Program-made: the position numbers and the translations under genes
Source of the DNA: Thermodesulfobacteriota bacterium
GTDB taxonomy: Bacteria > Desulfobacterota > Desulfomonilia > UBA1062
Assembly: GCA_034716155.1 (NCBI GenBank)
Contig: JAYEFR010000108.1
Location: 1 to 61,820 of the forward strand
Length of the DNA: 61,820 nt
Direction: 5' to 3'
Part shown: positions 37,270 through 48,482 of the stretch, piece by piece
Numbering within the stretch: position 1 is the first letter of the stretch
How the letters are laid out: each line of letters starts with the position of its first letter
Notes under the pieces: generated by a model
The model's database searches: none
What the model was told of the DNA's origin: nothing
Seen by the model: the letters and a program-made list of their open reading frames with translations, nothing else

Positions 37270-37433
37270 TAACTACCCAGCTATTTAGGTTGAAGACTGG
37301 AGGCTGAACCATTCCAACCATCCCGCAACGCTCGAATCAAGCCATTCAAAGGCTGAGTACCTAGTTCTGTGTGATCACGCATGATTTGTCCCTAAAAGCC
37401 TTCCACTTTATTTTCTATCCACCTGAGTAGTTG
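37270..37433. mobile_element. Decayed copy of the 7091-type MITE
   Basis: TAACTACCCAGCTATTTAGG...ACCTGAGTAGTTG. Confidence 0.6.
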
Positions 37434-37477
37434 CAAAACATGTACTATCTGGTAACATCAGAGTACGATCAGCCATT

Positions 37478-38770
37478 ATGAAAGATAATACTCTTATTCT
37501 AGACATCGACTCGTTATCTTATGGGGGTAGGGGGGTTGGCAGGAGAGAAGACGGAAAGGTAATTTTTGTACCTGGAGTGCTTCCCCGAGAAAAAATACAT
37601 GCAAGGATATACAAAGAGCACTCATCATACACCGAGGCCACACTACTCGATGTCATACATCCATCACCTGACAGGATAAATCCAAGATGCAAAATATTTG
37701 CATCTTGCGGAGGGTGTTCATGGCAACACATATCCTACAATGAACAGCTAAAATGGAAGCAGGATATACTTGCAGGCGAAATCATAAAGACCTGTAAAAC
37801 CACACCAGAGGCTATATATTCGCCTGTGGCATCTAAAGAAATATACGGCTACAGGCGCAATGCAAGGATTCAATGCATATATGACCCTGAATTTAAGATG
37901 GGATTTTTTACTGAAGGCTCGGCTCAAGTTGCAACATTTGAAATGTGTCCCATACTCAATGATCTTATTCAAGAAACCCTTACAAACTTGAGCACTATTT
38001 TGAGACGTCATCCTATTTACAGCCTCTATGAGATTGATATCCGGGCTCCCCAAGATGATGTTCTTGTACTGGCAAGATGTAAGGGGCATATCCAGGGCAG
38101 AGATATGTCGATAATGAACAAGATATATAATGACATTAAGATATCCGGCATATCCTTTGTGAGTTCAGACTCTCATAGGCGTGACTATGTGCTGGGCCAG
38201 CGTTATTGCTCATATACTATCCATGCAGGGGATGTACAAATACAGATGTTTAGCGGTTTTGGAGGTTTTATACAGGCAAATGCCTATATAAATTATGCCA
38301 TGATTGAATATGTTATGTACCTTGCACACGGTTCTAAGAGGCTACTTGACCTGTATAGTGGAAACGGAAATTTTTCTCTCCCCCTGTCCTATATTGCTGC
38401 GGATATTGTTGCTATAGACTCCAGCACACATTTAATCCGCCAAGGCAAACTCAGTGCAAAGAAAAATAAAATTGAAAATACACGGTTTTTCTGTATGGAT
38501 ACAGCAAAGGCAGTGCAGACCATGATAAAAGACTCTATGTGTTTTGATACCATTGTCCTCAATCCCCCCAGAGAAGGGGCAAAGAATGTGATGAATAAAA
38601 TAGCAAGGCTTGGTGCATCGAAAATAATCTATATCTCCTGTAATCCAACTACTATGGCAAGGGACATAGCAATACTGATCTCACACGGCTTCAGGTTTAA
38701 GAGTATTAAGGCCTTTGATATGTTTCCCCAAACCTATCATATCGAGTCTATTGCCTATTTTGAAAGGTGA
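37478..38770 (+). CDS. rlmD: 23S rRNA m5U methyltransferase (RlmD/TrmA family)
   Basis: TRAM domain, CxxxxxCGGC, FIQAN, LDLYSG.G, PPR.G, YISC.P, DMFPQT.H.E. Confidence 0.9.
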   Translation: MKDNTLILDIDSLSYGGRGVGRREDGKVIFVPGVLPREKIHARIYKEHSSYTEATLLDVIHPSPDRINPRCKIFASCGGCSWQHISYNEQLKWKQDILAGEIIKTCKTTPEAIYSPVASKEIYGYRRNARIQCIYDPEFKMGFFTEGSAQVATFEMCPILNDLIQETLTNLSTILRRHPIYSLYEIDIRAPQDDVLVLARCKGHIQGRDMSIMNKIYNDIKISGISFVSSDSHRRDYVLGQRYCSYTIHAGDVQIQMFSGFGGFIQANAYINYAMIEYVMYLAHGSKRLLDLYSGNGNFSLPLSYIAADIVAIDSSTHLIRQGKLSAKKNKIENTRFFCMDTAKAVQTMIKDSMCFDTIVLNPPREGAKNVMNKIARLGASKIIYISCNPTTMARDIAILISHGFRFKSIKAFDMFPQTYHIESIAYFER

Positions 38771-38937
38771 TAACTACTCAGGTGGATAGACTAAAGACTG
38801 AAGGCTAAAGGCTCAAATCATACGTGGGTACACAAAGTGGGTGAGTAGCCTGGAGAAAATTTAGATCACTTCAGCCTTCAGCCTTCTACCGCGAAGGTGG
38901 ATTAAATTTAATCTGGACAAGACCATATAGCCACCTG
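38771..38937. mobile_element. Decayed copy of the 7091-type MITE
   Basis: TAACTACTCAGGTGGATAG, CTGAAGG/CCTTCAG units; right end eroded. Confidence 0.55.
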
Positions 38938-38945
38938 TATATGTA

Positions 38946-39815
38946 TTGCAGATGAATAAGGATAGAATAGGTATTGTATGTAAAGAAGATAACAGGGATG
39001 TTCTTGCCCTTGTAGCACGGGTATTAAAATGGCTCGAAAAAGGCGACATCCCCTATGTGCTTGAAGATCATATAGCAGCATACCTGGGACAGGAATACAC
39101 TGTAGATGTTTGGAGTAATGCAAATCTTCTTGTAGCCATTGGTGGAGATGGTACGCTCTTACGGGCTGCTCGACTATCCAGCCACAGAAATGTACCGATA
39201 CTTGGAGTACACATGGGTAGCCTGGGATTTCTTACAGAGATAACTGAAGATAAAGTGGAGGCTGCTATTGAGGCCATTTTATCTGGTGAAGGCGAATATG
39301 TGAAAGACAAAAGAACCATGTTTGAGACAACCCTGATAAGGGATGACAATATTATAGCCAGCAAACTGGTATTGAATGATGCAGTTATAAATAAAGGTGC
39401 GCTTGCAAGAATTATTGATATAGAGGTATGGGTGAATACCACATTCATCACACGGTATAGGGCGGATGGCCTTATACTCTCTACACCCACTGGATCTACT
39501 GCATACAACCTTGCAGCTCATGGCCCTATAGTCTATCCACATGTGCCCGCTATTATACTTACCCCGATATGCCCCCATGTACTTTCTAACAGAAGTATAG
39601 TGTTACCTGATTCTCAAGAAGTAGAAATTGTCCTTAGTGCCCAGGTATCTTCCGGCAATGTATACTTAACACTTGACGGACAGAGGGGATATCCCATGGA
39701 GGGGGGTGATAAAGTGGTGGTAAAAAAAGCCAGGCACAAGGCCGTTCTTATGAGATCCCCTAAAAGAGATTTCTTTGAGGTATTACGAACAAAACTTAGA
39801 TGGCAGGAGAGATGA
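38946..39815 (+). CDS. nadK: NAD kinase
   Basis: GGDGT, GSLGFL, LND, DGLI.STPTGSTAY. Confidence 0.95.
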   Translation: MQMNKDRIGIVCKEDNRDVLALVARVLKWLEKGDIPYVLEDHIAAYLGQEYTVDVWSNANLLVAIGGDGTLLRAARLSSHRNVPILGVHMGSLGFLTEITEDKVEAAIEAILSGEGEYVKDKRTMFETTLIRDDNIIASKLVLNDAVINKGALARIIDIEVWVNTTFITRYRADGLILSTPTGSTAYNLAAHGPIVYPHVPAIILTPICPHVLSNRSIVLPDSQEVEIVLSAQVSSGNVYLTLDGQRGYPMEGGDKVVVKKARHKAVLMRSPKRDFFEVLRTKLRWQER

Positions 39816-41461
39816 TAGATCTATTAAAAGTCTCCTCCATAGCAATAATAGATACGGTAGAAATAGAATTTGGGAAAGGGCTGAATTGTATTACAGGGGA
39901 GACAGGAGCGGGCAAATCATTAATTGTAGATGCGCTAAAACTACTTATGGGAGCCAAGGCGAGTAGTGATATAGTCCGACCTGGCCGGCAAAAGGCAGTC
40001 ATCGAGGCCTTATTTGCCCTTCCTGATAAAGAAATTGTTCTTAAAAGAGAAATATACAGCTCTGGCAAGAGCAGGTGCTATATCAATGGCGAACTCACAA
40101 CCACCACTAAACTCTCTGATATCTCACAGACACTGATACATATATATGGCCAGCATCAATACCAGGATCTTCTACATCCTTCGCAGCAGATAAGTATATT
40201 AGAGGAGATGGCAGATATACAAAGAGATAAGATACTTGATGTATACAATGATCTTTTGGTGGCCAAAGAAAAATTATCAAACACGCAGAAGATGATAGAA
40301 GCAGCCAAGCTGGAAAAACAAGACTTGGAATATAGCCTGAAGGAACTGCGATCCGCCCGCATATCCAAAAGAGAAGAGGAAAAGATTATAAGAGAATTGG
40401 ACATAGGTCATATGAGTGCAAATCTAAGGCAAGATGCTTTAATTGCACTAGACACATTATATTCCGGCAGCCCCTGCCTTATGGACCTTGCCGGCCAAGT
40501 GCGCAGATTGTTTACAGGTATGGCAAATATCGATCCGGATATTAAAAATGTTATTCCGAGTATAAACAGCATCATAGCACAAATTGAAGAGTTAAATTAT
40601 AGCCTGAAAGATAGAATTAAAAGATATGAGTTTGCCCCTGAAAGGATCCAGGAATTAGAGTCAAGGTTGCAAACAATAGGCGAGCTTAAACGCAAATATA
40701 ACACAGATGAAACAGGGCTTTTAGATATCATTGAAAAACTCGAAAAGCGCCTTTCCATGGTAGAAGATGAAGAATATCTCATAGAGGATGCAAGAAATGA
40801 ATTCCAAAAAGCCCTTGGGGTATATATAAAAGGTGTAAAGTCTTTTCTTGCCAAACGAAAGACCTTTGGAAAAAGATTGTGTACATTGATTAATCACGAC
40901 CTTGCCAAATTGGGCATGGCAGGTACTAAATTTTCTATTCAGCAATCAGACGAGTCTGCATTTGACAAGAGTGGTATAGATTGTGATATAGACGATATTT
41001 CGCCTAATAAGGCATTAAAGGGGGGATTCGTGATTTCCACAAACGTGGGCCAAGATATGCTTCCTCTTGCGAGAGTTGCCTCTGGTGGAGAGTTGAGCCG
41101 TATTATGCTTGCTCTAAAATGTCATCAAAGGAAAACTCAAGATACCACTATAGTCTTTGATGAGATAGATTCAGGGATAAGCGGTGAGGCAGCTATAATG
41201 ATGGCAAACAGGCTAAAAGAGCTCTCAGGAGGTGCACAGACCATAGTAGTGACACACCTTCATTCATTGGCATCACTGGCTAATACCCATCTGGTTATAT
41301 CAAAGGATGTAGTTGGCGATGCAACTACATCTCACATAAATATGGTTACAGGGAATGAACGGGTCATGGAACTGGCAAGGATGATGGGAGGGGTCAACCC
41401 AAGCGATACTGTGATTGCACATGCAAAAGAACTGGCAGACAGGGCTCACTATGAGGGATAA
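39812..41461 (+). CDS. recN: DNA repair protein RecN
   Basis: TGETGAGKS, GQH, ASGGELSR, FDEIDSG, VTH, ELARM. Confidence 0.95.
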   Translation: MIDLLKVSSIAIIDTVEIEFGKGLNCITGETGAGKSLIVDALKLLMGAKASSDIVRPGRQKAVIEALFALPDKEIVLKREIYSSGKSRCYINGELTTTTKLSDISQTLIHIYGQHQYQDLLHPSQQISILEEMADIQRDKILDVYNDLLVAKEKLSNTQKMIEAAKLEKQDLEYSLKELRSARISKREEEKIIRELDIGHMSANLRQDALIALDTLYSGSPCLMDLAGQVRRLFTGMANIDPDIKNVIPSINSIIAQIEELNYSLKDRIKRYEFAPERIQELESRLQTIGELKRKYNTDETGLLDIIEKLEKRLSMVEDEEYLIEDARNEFQKALGVYIKGVKSFLAKRKTFGKRLCTLINHDLAKLGMAGTKFSIQQSDESAFDKSGIDCDIDDISPNKALKGGFVISTNVGQDMLPLARVASGGELSRIMLALKCHQRKTQDTTIVFDEIDSGISGEAAIMMANRLKELSGGAQTIVVTHLHSLASLANTHLVISKDVVGDATTSHINMVTGNERVMELARMMGGVNPSDTVIAHAKELADRAHYEG

Positions 41462-41537
41462 ACCTACAATGACACTTATTGATTTTGTAATCGTTCACGG
41501 TTCATGAAAATGCTTTGTCCCGAGCGTAAAACTTTTA

Positions 41538-41660
41538 TGGAGTAATGGAATGTTGGAGTACTGGATTACTGAAAATTCAAAAACCATCCCACAAGATGTA
41601 CAATTACGCGCACAGAACAATGGCGACTGCCCATCATCCTTCCAATACTCCATTACTCCA
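41538..41660. repeat. Miniature inverted element with 8-nt periodic arms
   Basis: TGGAGTAATGGAATGTTGGA / TCCAATACTCCATTACTCCA, 18/20 inverted match. Confidence 0.75.
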
Positions 41661-41755
41661 AACAATATGTTTTGTTATAATTACCTGATTTACAGTATAT
41701 ATTGCGCCAAAAGTGCCAGGCCTTTTTGTAAGAATAATCGATTGGAGATATCTTC

Positions 41756-42214
41756 ATGATCAGGAAGGCCGCCACCTCAGATGTAGTTAAGATTAAGACC
41801 CTGATAGATCCGTTTGTCAAACAGGGGCTAATATTACCAAGATCTCTTAACTCTTTGTATACCTTTCTAAGGGATTTCTGTGTTATGTGCACCTTGCCAG
41901 GGCAAACGGATATTATAGGGTGCTGTGCTCTTTCCCTCTCATGGGAAGATCTCGGGGAGATTAGAACCCTTGCCATAAGAGACCAACACCAAGGAAAGAC
42001 AAATGGTACATCTCTAGTAAAGGCATGTATGAGCGAAGCTAAGGAGTTGGGTTTAAAAAGGTTATTTACGCTTACCTACATCCCATTCTTTTTTAAAAGG
42101 ATGGGATTTTCTGAGATAGATAAATCTGAATTGCCTCAGAAGATATGGGCAGACTGCATAAACTGTCCGTATTTCCCTGATTGCAAAGAAGTAGCTTTGA
42201 TATATCACCTTTAA
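41756..42214 (+). CDS. GNAT N-acetyltransferase (short ArgA-like)
   Basis: LPRS, WEDL.EIR.LA, LTY.P.FF, LPQKIWADC..C....C.E. Confidence 0.85.
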   Translation: MIRKAATSDVVKIKTLIDPFVKQGLILPRSLNSLYTFLRDFCVMCTLPGQTDIIGCCALSLSWEDLGEIRTLAIRDQHQGKTNGTSLVKACMSEAKELGLKRLFTLTYIPFFFKRMGFSEIDKSELPQKIWADCINCPYFPDCKEVALIYHL

Positions 42215-42227
42215 AAAATGAGGGACT

Positions 42228-43562
42228 ATGGATATAGAGGATAAGATATCAAAGACAAAAGACTTGCTAAGGGCCAGATCGATTAATGCCTTTGAGATAT
42301 TCGGATCTGTGATGGATAGCATAGATGTAGAGTCAAGAAACAAGGATGTCTCATCCCTTGATAGATGTTCGGAATCCGGCATAGGGCTCAGGGTCATGAT
42401 AGACGGGGGTATGGGCTTTGCTTATGGTGCTGACCCGTCAAACGAATTAATTGATGCTGCTATTCAATCTGCCAAAAATCAATTTAAGGATAAGGATAAT
42501 GTCATCCCGCAAACAAGTGATGGTTATACTAAGACATCTATTTATGATAAGAAGGTCTTAGATGCCACTGTGGATGATTGTATTGAGAGGGCCATCCAAT
42601 TGGAGCTCTCTTCCAGGGAGGAGGATGAACGCATAGCCCAGGTACGCAAGGCCAGTTATTCCAGATATATAGGCAGGCTTTATATAGTAAACTCTAATAG
42701 TATAGAGATATCAAGTATGTATACACAGGTTAATACATCTATCATGGTCATGGCCAAGGATGCTAAGGACGCGCAAGCAGGCTTTGATTCTGATCTCAGT
42801 CATTACTGGGACGGGATCGATGTCGTGCAAGTGGGCAAAAGAGCAGCTGCTCAAGCAACACAAATGCTTGGTGCCAGGCGCATAACTACAACAAAAATCC
42901 CAATCTTATTGGATAACATGGTGGCAGCCCAGATGCTGGAATTTATGTCAAATGCATTTTTAGGAGAGAATGTGATAAAGGGGAAGTCTTTTCTTGCTGA
43001 TAAACTTGGCGAGAAGGTCTTTTCTTCTAATATCACCATTTCTGATAACCCACTTGATCCAAGGGCGGAAGACGCGCACAGTTTCGATGGAGAGGGTGTG
43101 CCATCTAGAAAAACCCACTTAGTAGATTGTGGAGTGGTTAATAACTTTGTTTATGATACCTACTGGGGTAGGGTAGCAAACAAGGCCTCTACAGGTAATT
43201 CACTACGAACCAGCTATAGGCAGCTACCCACGCTGGGGATGCGACATCTTTGCATGGAACATCCTTCGGCAGATGCAAGCGATCTTGCACACACACTGAA
43301 AAAATTAAAGCAAGTGCTGAAGATTACCGATATTATGGGCATGCATACTGCTGATCCTATATCAGGAGAATTCTCTATAGGTGTAGACGGTCTTCTTATC
43401 GAAGATGGCAATATCTGCTATCCGGTAAGAGAGGCCGCAATTGCAGGTAATGTGTGCGAGTTATTCTCTAAGGTGTTGGCTATAGGAGATGACGTAAGAG
43501 AGGTTGGTCAGGTTTTAACTCCATCAGTGCTGATAGACAAGATGGATGTAAGTGCAGAATAA
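42228..43562 (+). CDS. pmbA: TldD/PmbA family protein (PmbA/TldE-like)
   Basis: G.GLRV, FDGEGVP, STGN, GMH..DPISGEFS. Confidence 0.85.
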   Translation: MDIEDKISKTKDLLRARSINAFEIFGSVMDSIDVESRNKDVSSLDRCSESGIGLRVMIDGGMGFAYGADPSNELIDAAIQSAKNQFKDKDNVIPQTSDGYTKTSIYDKKVLDATVDDCIERAIQLELSSREEDERIAQVRKASYSRYIGRLYIVNSNSIEISSMYTQVNTSIMVMAKDAKDAQAGFDSDLSHYWDGIDVVQVGKRAAAQATQMLGARRITTTKIPILLDNMVAAQMLEFMSNAFLGENVIKGKSFLADKLGEKVFSSNITISDNPLDPRAEDAHSFDGEGVPSRKTHLVDCGVVNNFVYDTYWGRVANKASTGNSLRTSYRQLPTLGMRHLCMEHPSADASDLAHTLKKLKQVLKITDIMGMHTADPISGEFSIGVDGLLIEDGNICYPVREAAIAGNVCELFSKVLAIGDDVREVGQVLTPSVLIDKMDVSAE

Positions 43563-43581
43563 GATAGCAAGAGGTAATATA

Positions 43582-44487
43582 GTGAAATCAAATTGGACAA
43601 TATTGGTAATACCAGATAGCACTAACTCCCCGAAAAGATTAAAGATGACATCCTTAAGAATTGGTCTTGTACTGTCTCTTTTCATAGGACTTTTTATTTT
43701 TTCAATTGTGGCAGGGCTCATGTTATTTAATTTAAAATCAGATATATCAAGGATAGCCTTGCTAAAAAAGAAGAACCTTGACCAAAAACATCAGCTCACA
43801 GTGCTTGCAGAAAAGGTGGCAAGTATAGATAACCAGTTTAAATTGTTAACAGATTTTAATATACACTTGAGAGATGTTGCCAATATAGATCGTAATGGTT
43901 CTGAAGGTATCGTTGCTGTTGGAGGCGGAGGCGGGACTCTTATGGGAAGTAATGGGAAGCCCGAGATAATTACAGAAAACATCCTGGCTAGAAATCTCCA
44001 TTCTCACATAAAGCAACTGAGTGATAATATACAAATAGAAGAAGAGATCTCAAAGAAATTGCTCGCTCAATTAGAGAGGCAACGTTCCTTAATGGCTCAT
44101 ACTCCTTCTGTATGGCCGGCAAGGGGCTGGCTTACCTCTCCATTTGGGTGGCGAAGGTCTCCCTTCACCGGGGAAAGAGAATTCCACAAGGGGGTAGACA
44201 TTGCAGCAAGGAAGGGCACCCCAGTCTATGCCCCTGCGGATGGGATGGTAACCTCGTATGGTACTAATGGAGGCTTTGGTAATTTCCTTGTAATAAACCA
44301 CGGGTATGGAATAGTCACTCGATATGGCCATTTGAAAAAGAGTTATGTGAAGCCCGGGAAGCAGGTTCATAGAGGTGATATAGTGGCCTGTATAGGTAGT
44401 ACCGGCCGTTCCACAGGCCCTCATGTCCATTATGAAGTTCTTATCAATGGTGTTCATGTCAATCCCAAAAGATATATGTTGAAATAA
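43582..44487 (+). CDS. M23 peptidase with TM helix and coiled coil
   Basis: TPS.WP, H.GVDI, TGRSTGPH.HYEV. Confidence 0.92.
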   Translation: MKSNWTILVIPDSTNSPKRLKMTSLRIGLVLSLFIGLFIFSIVAGLMLFNLKSDISRIALLKKKNLDQKHQLTVLAEKVASIDNQFKLLTDFNIHLRDVANIDRNGSEGIVAVGGGGGTLMGSNGKPEIITENILARNLHSHIKQLSDNIQIEEEISKKLLAQLERQRSLMAHTPSVWPARGWLTSPFGWRRSPFTGEREFHKGVDIAARKGTPVYAPADGMVTSYGTNGGFGNFLVINHGYGIVTRYGHLKKSYVKPGKQVHRGDIVACIGSTGRSTGPHVHYEVLINGVHVNPKRYMLK

Positions 44488-44557
44488 CCTTATCAATCCT
44501 CTATCTTATTGTAGTATCATTTGAAGGCTTAAGACTATATAGGGCAGGTATACCGGT

Positions 44558-47188
44558 ATGTTTGGTGTATTACTAAAGATATTTGGCACCAGGAATGAAA
44601 GAGAGCTAAAAAAGTTACATCCTGTAGTTGATCAGATAACAAAGCTGGAACCTTTATTCAAGGCAAAAGACAATGCAGGACTAAAGGCAATGACGCCTGC
44701 TTTCAGAGAAAGGCTTGAAAAAGGTGCCAGCCTGGATGATATCTTACCAGAGGCCTTTGCAGTGGTAAGGGAGGTGGCCTTTAGGACATTGGGGATGCGT
44801 CCATTTGATGTCCAGCTTATAGGTGGAATCATATTGCATCAGGGTAAGATAGCCGAGATGAAAACCGGAGAAGGTAAGACCTTGGTTGCAACTATGCCAG
44901 TCTACCTCAATGCACTTACAGGTAAAGGTGTTCATGTGGTGACGGTCAATGACTACCTTGCCAAGAGGGATGCCCAGTGGATGGGAGAAATATACAAATT
45001 TCTTGGCCTGGATGTAGGTGTGATTGTGCACGGGATGGATGACAGGCAAAGGAAAGAGGCCTATTTTTCAGACATCACATATGGCACCAACAACGAATTC
45101 GGGTTTGATTATCTCAGAGATAATATGAAGTTCTCTATTGATGACTATGTCCAGAAAGAGCTGAACTATGGCATAGTTGATGAGGTGGATTCTATATTAA
45201 TAGATGAAGCCAGAACTCCGCTCATAATATCCGGACCAGCAGAGGAATCCACCTCTATGTACTACAAGGCAAATCAGGCTATTGGCTCTCTATTGAAACA
45301 TGAGGATAAAGATAAGTTATATATAAGGGATGAAAAGGCCAATACGGTTGTGCTCTCTGATGAAGGGATAGAGATACTGCAGAATATTCTCGGCAAAGAG
45401 AATCTATATGACTCATCAGAATTTGAGACTGTGCACCACCTGAATCAAGCTCTGAGAGCGCATTTGCTGTTTTCAAGGGACGTGGATTATATAGTCAAGG
45501 AGGGTGAAGTCATAATAGTAGACGAATTCACAGGCAGATTAATGCCTGGGAGACGTTATTCAGAAGGGCTGCACCAAGCCCTGGAGGCAAAAGAAGGTGT
45601 AAATGTCGCCAATGAAAACCAGACTCTGGCCTCGATTACATTCCAAAATTATTTCCGTATGTACGACAAGTTAGCCGGGATGACAGGTACGGCCGAGACA
45701 GAGGCCCTGGAATTTAAAAAGACCTACGACCTAGATGTAATGGTCGTGCCCACCAACGAGCCTATGATCAGAAAAGATAATTCTGATGTTATCTATAAGA
45801 CTGAGAAAGAAAAATACATGGCCATCTTAGCCCAGATCGAAGATTGCCATAAGAAAGGCCAGCCAGTCCTGGCCGGCACCATTTCAATTGAGAATTCTGA
45901 AAAGATCGCTGGTATGTTGAAGAGAAGGGGAATTCCTCATCATGTTTTGAATGCAAAGCACCATGAAAGGGAGGCAGAGATAATAGCCCAGGCAGGTAGA
46001 AAAGGTGCCGTTACTATTGCAACAAATATGGCAGGCCGCGGCACTGACATAGTATTGGGTGGAAATCCTGAATTTATAGCCCGCCAAAGGGCTGAGGCTG
46101 GAGATGGAGAGTACCAAAAAATCTTAGAGAGAGATAAAGTTCTCTCAGAGACTGAACACAAAGAGGTGGTAGAACACGGCGGGTTATTTATCCTTGGGTC
46201 GGAGCGCCATGAAAGCAGACGTATTGATAATCAGTTAAGGGGAAGATCAGGCAGGCAGGGTGATCCCGGAGAGTCCAGGTTTTTCCTTTCTCTGGAGGAC
46301 GATCTTTTAAGAATATTTGGCTCTGAGCGCATATCTTCTGTAATGGAGACCTTAGGTGTGCCAGACAATGAACCAATAGAACACCCCTTGATATCGAGGA
46401 GTATTGAGGGTGCACAAAAGAAGGTAGAGGCAAGAAACTTTGAGATCAGAAAACATCTCTTAGAATATGATGATGTTATGAATAAACAGCGTGAGATTGT
46501 CTATTCAGAAAGGCGGAGAATTCTGTCTGAGGCCAACCTGAGGGGGTTTATCGAGGATATGATATATGAGTTGTTAGGCGAGCTTGTCGAAGACCATATA
46601 CCTATCAAGGCCCCTGTAAATGATTGGAATATGGATGGGCTTAAGAATAGCCTGAAAAATCAGTTTGGCTTAGACTTTACGCACACACCGGCAAAAGAGG
46701 AGACTAAAGAGCAACTGGAGAAAATCATTACAAATGACATCAAAGCACTCTATGACAGCCGTGAAAAAGAATTCACACCGGAAATCATGCGAACAATAGA
46801 GCGGCATATGTTCTTAGTTACACTGGACAATCTATGGAAAGATCACTTGCTATCAATGGACCACCTCAAGGAAGGTATCGGACTGAGGGGCTACGGTCAG
46901 AAGAATCCCTCGCGCGAGTATCAAAGAGAAGGCTTTGATATGTTTACTGGTATGATTTCCAGAATGAAAGAACTCTCTGTTGAGAGGATCTTTAAGGTCC
47001 AATTGCAGCGTGAAGAGGATGTAGAACACCTCACAAAAAAGCAGAGGAAGCAAAAGATGCAGATGGGTAGGGGGGAATCTACTGAGCCTTCTACATACAA
47101 GAGGCAGGGTAAAAAGATAGGCAGAAATGATCCATGCCCGTGTGGGTCAGGAAAAAAGTATAAGCATTGCTGCGGGAGGAACCTGTGA
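44558..47188 (+). CDS. secA: Preprotein translocase ATPase SecA
   Basis: [47 protein letters not shown]. Confidence 0.98.
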   Translation: MFGVLLKIFGTRNERELKKLHPVVDQITKLEPLFKAKDNAGLKAMTPAFRERLEKGASLDDILPEAFAVVREVAFRTLGMRPFDVQLIGGIILHQGKIAEMKTGEGKTLVATMPVYLNALTGKGVHVVTVNDYLAKRDAQWMGEIYKFLGLDVGVIVHGMDDRQRKEAYFSDITYGTNNEFGFDYLRDNMKFSIDDYVQKELNYGIVDEVDSILIDEARTPLIISGPAEESTSMYYKANQAIGSLLKHEDKDKLYIRDEKANTVVLSDEGIEILQNILGKENLYDSSEFETVHHLNQALRAHLLFSRDVDYIVKEGEVIIVDEFTGRLMPGRRYSEGLHQALEAKEGVNVANENQTLASITFQNYFRMYDKLAGMTGTAETEALEFKKTYDLDVMVVPTNEPMIRKDNSDVIYKTEKEKYMAILAQIEDCHKKGQPVLAGTISIENSEKIAGMLKRRGIPHHVLNAKHHEREAEIIAQAGRKGAVTIATNMAGRGTDIVLGGNPEFIARQRAEAGDGEYQKILERDKVLSETEHKEVVEHGGLFILGSERHESRRIDNQLRGRSGRQGDPGESRFFLSLEDDLLRIFGSERISSVMETLGVPDNEPIEHPLISRSIEGAQKKVEARNFEIRKHLLEYDDVMNKQREIVYSERRRILSEANLRGFIEDMIYELLGELVEDHIPIKAPVNDWNMDGLKNSLKNQFGLDFTHTPAKEETKEQLEKIITNDIKALYDSREKEFTPEIMRTIERHMFLVTLDNLWKDHLLSMDHLKEGIGLRGYGQKNPSREYQREGFDMFTGMISRMKELSVERIFKVQLQREEDVEHLTKKQRKQKMQMGRGESTEPSTYKRQGKKIGRNDPCPCGSGKKYKHCCGRNL

Positions 47189-48390
47189 TACCAGAAGGAT
47201 TTCTGTTTTCCGCAATAAATGCGGATATAGATGGCTCAGGAAGCGAAAAAGACGACCTTGGGCTTATATATTGTAAATATCCAGCATTCATCTCAGGCGC
47301 CTTTACCAAAAACCTTGTAAAGGCTGCCCCGGTAATAATCGGGATGGATTTGGTTGAAAAGGGCGCAATAAGGGCAATAGTTGCCAACTCAGGCAATGCA
47401 AATGCATGCACAGGGGATGCAGGCCTAACGGATGCCTCCATGATTATGAAATGCATTGCTTCAGAGCTTGGCGTAGGGCAACAAGAGGTAATACCAATAT
47501 CAACTGGTGTGATAGGTGTAAGACTGCCGGCGGAAAAAATTATGAAAAAGATTGACCCCCTTGTTGAGGGGTTGAGTCCTGATGCCCCGCGTTTTGCACG
47601 GGCCATAATGACTACAGATACATACCCTAAAATATGCTCTGCAAAAGCGGGTAGGGCCAAGGTGCTTGGCATAGCAAAGGGCTCTGGTATGATTGCTCCT
47701 GATATGGCCACAACCCTTGGAATAGTTCTTACTGATGCGAAAATAGACAAGCAACCCCTTGATATTATTACAGAAAATGCTATTGAACCCAGCTTTAATG
47801 CTATTTCTGTAGATGGAGACACATCAACAAATGATACACTCTTAGTGCTGACATCCAATATGATTGATGTTGATATAGCTGATGTAAAAGATGCAATAAC
47901 CTGCGTAATAAGAGAACTTGCCATGTTGGTGGTAAGAGATGGTGAAGGTGCTACAAAGGTAATAAATATACTGGTAAAAGGTGCAGAAACAAATACCAAG
48001 GCCAAAGTTGTTGCAATGTGCATTGCAAACTCTTTGCTGGTAAAGACTGCTTTATTTGGCGCAGATCCAAACTGGGGAAGGATAATGGCAGCTATCGGTA
48101 GAAGTGGGGTACTTATTGACCCAAATGCGATCTCCATCAAGATTGGAGGACTTCCTGTAGCAGATGGCGGGATCCAGGCAAAAAACTTTGACGAGGAGGG
48201 TGTTCGTGAAATTCTTTCCGCCAAAGACGAACTTTCCGCTCGCCATCAGCAGAGCAGCCCTTCTATCAGAGGTGAATTAAAGGAAGTGCAAATAGAAGTT
48301 ATACTTGGTAGCGGCCCGGGGAGATTCACGGCCTGGACCACGGATCTTACATATAGGTATGTGGAGATCAATTCATTGTACAGGACATAG
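47185..48390 (+). CDS. argJ: Ornithine acetyltransferase ArgJ
   Basis: [48 protein letters not shown]. Confidence 0.95.
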   Translation: MIPEGFLFSAINADIDGSGSEKDDLGLIYCKYPAFISGAFTKNLVKAAPVIIGMDLVEKGAIRAIVANSGNANACTGDAGLTDASMIMKCIASELGVGQQEVIPISTGVIGVRLPAEKIMKKIDPLVEGLSPDAPRFARAIMTTDTYPKICSAKAGRAKVLGIAKGSGMIAPDMATTLGIVLTDAKIDKQPLDIITENAIEPSFNAISVDGDTSTNDTLLVLTSNMIDVDIADVKDAITCVIRELAMLVVRDGEGATKVINILVKGAETNTKAKVVAMCIANSLLVKTALFGADPNWGRIMAAIGRSGVLIDPNAISIKIGGLPVADGGIQAKNFDEEGVREILSAKDELSARHQQSSPSIRGELKEVQIEVILGSGPGRFTAWTTDLTYRYVEINSLYRT

Positions 48391-48482
48391 GGTGAGGCAT
48401 GATAATAATTATGTCCGATAATAAATGTTATGTTAAATTAGATTCACTAGGATTTATTTTCATGCCCTTCCGTCAATAGGAA

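Noticed and set aside
42228-43562. pmbA without adjacent tldD
   Set aside because: The two genes are frequently unlinked.
48396-48466. 12/13 inverted repeat between convergent argJ and sufB-like genes
   Set aside because: AT-rich with a long loop; cannot distinguish terminator, repeat remnant or chance.
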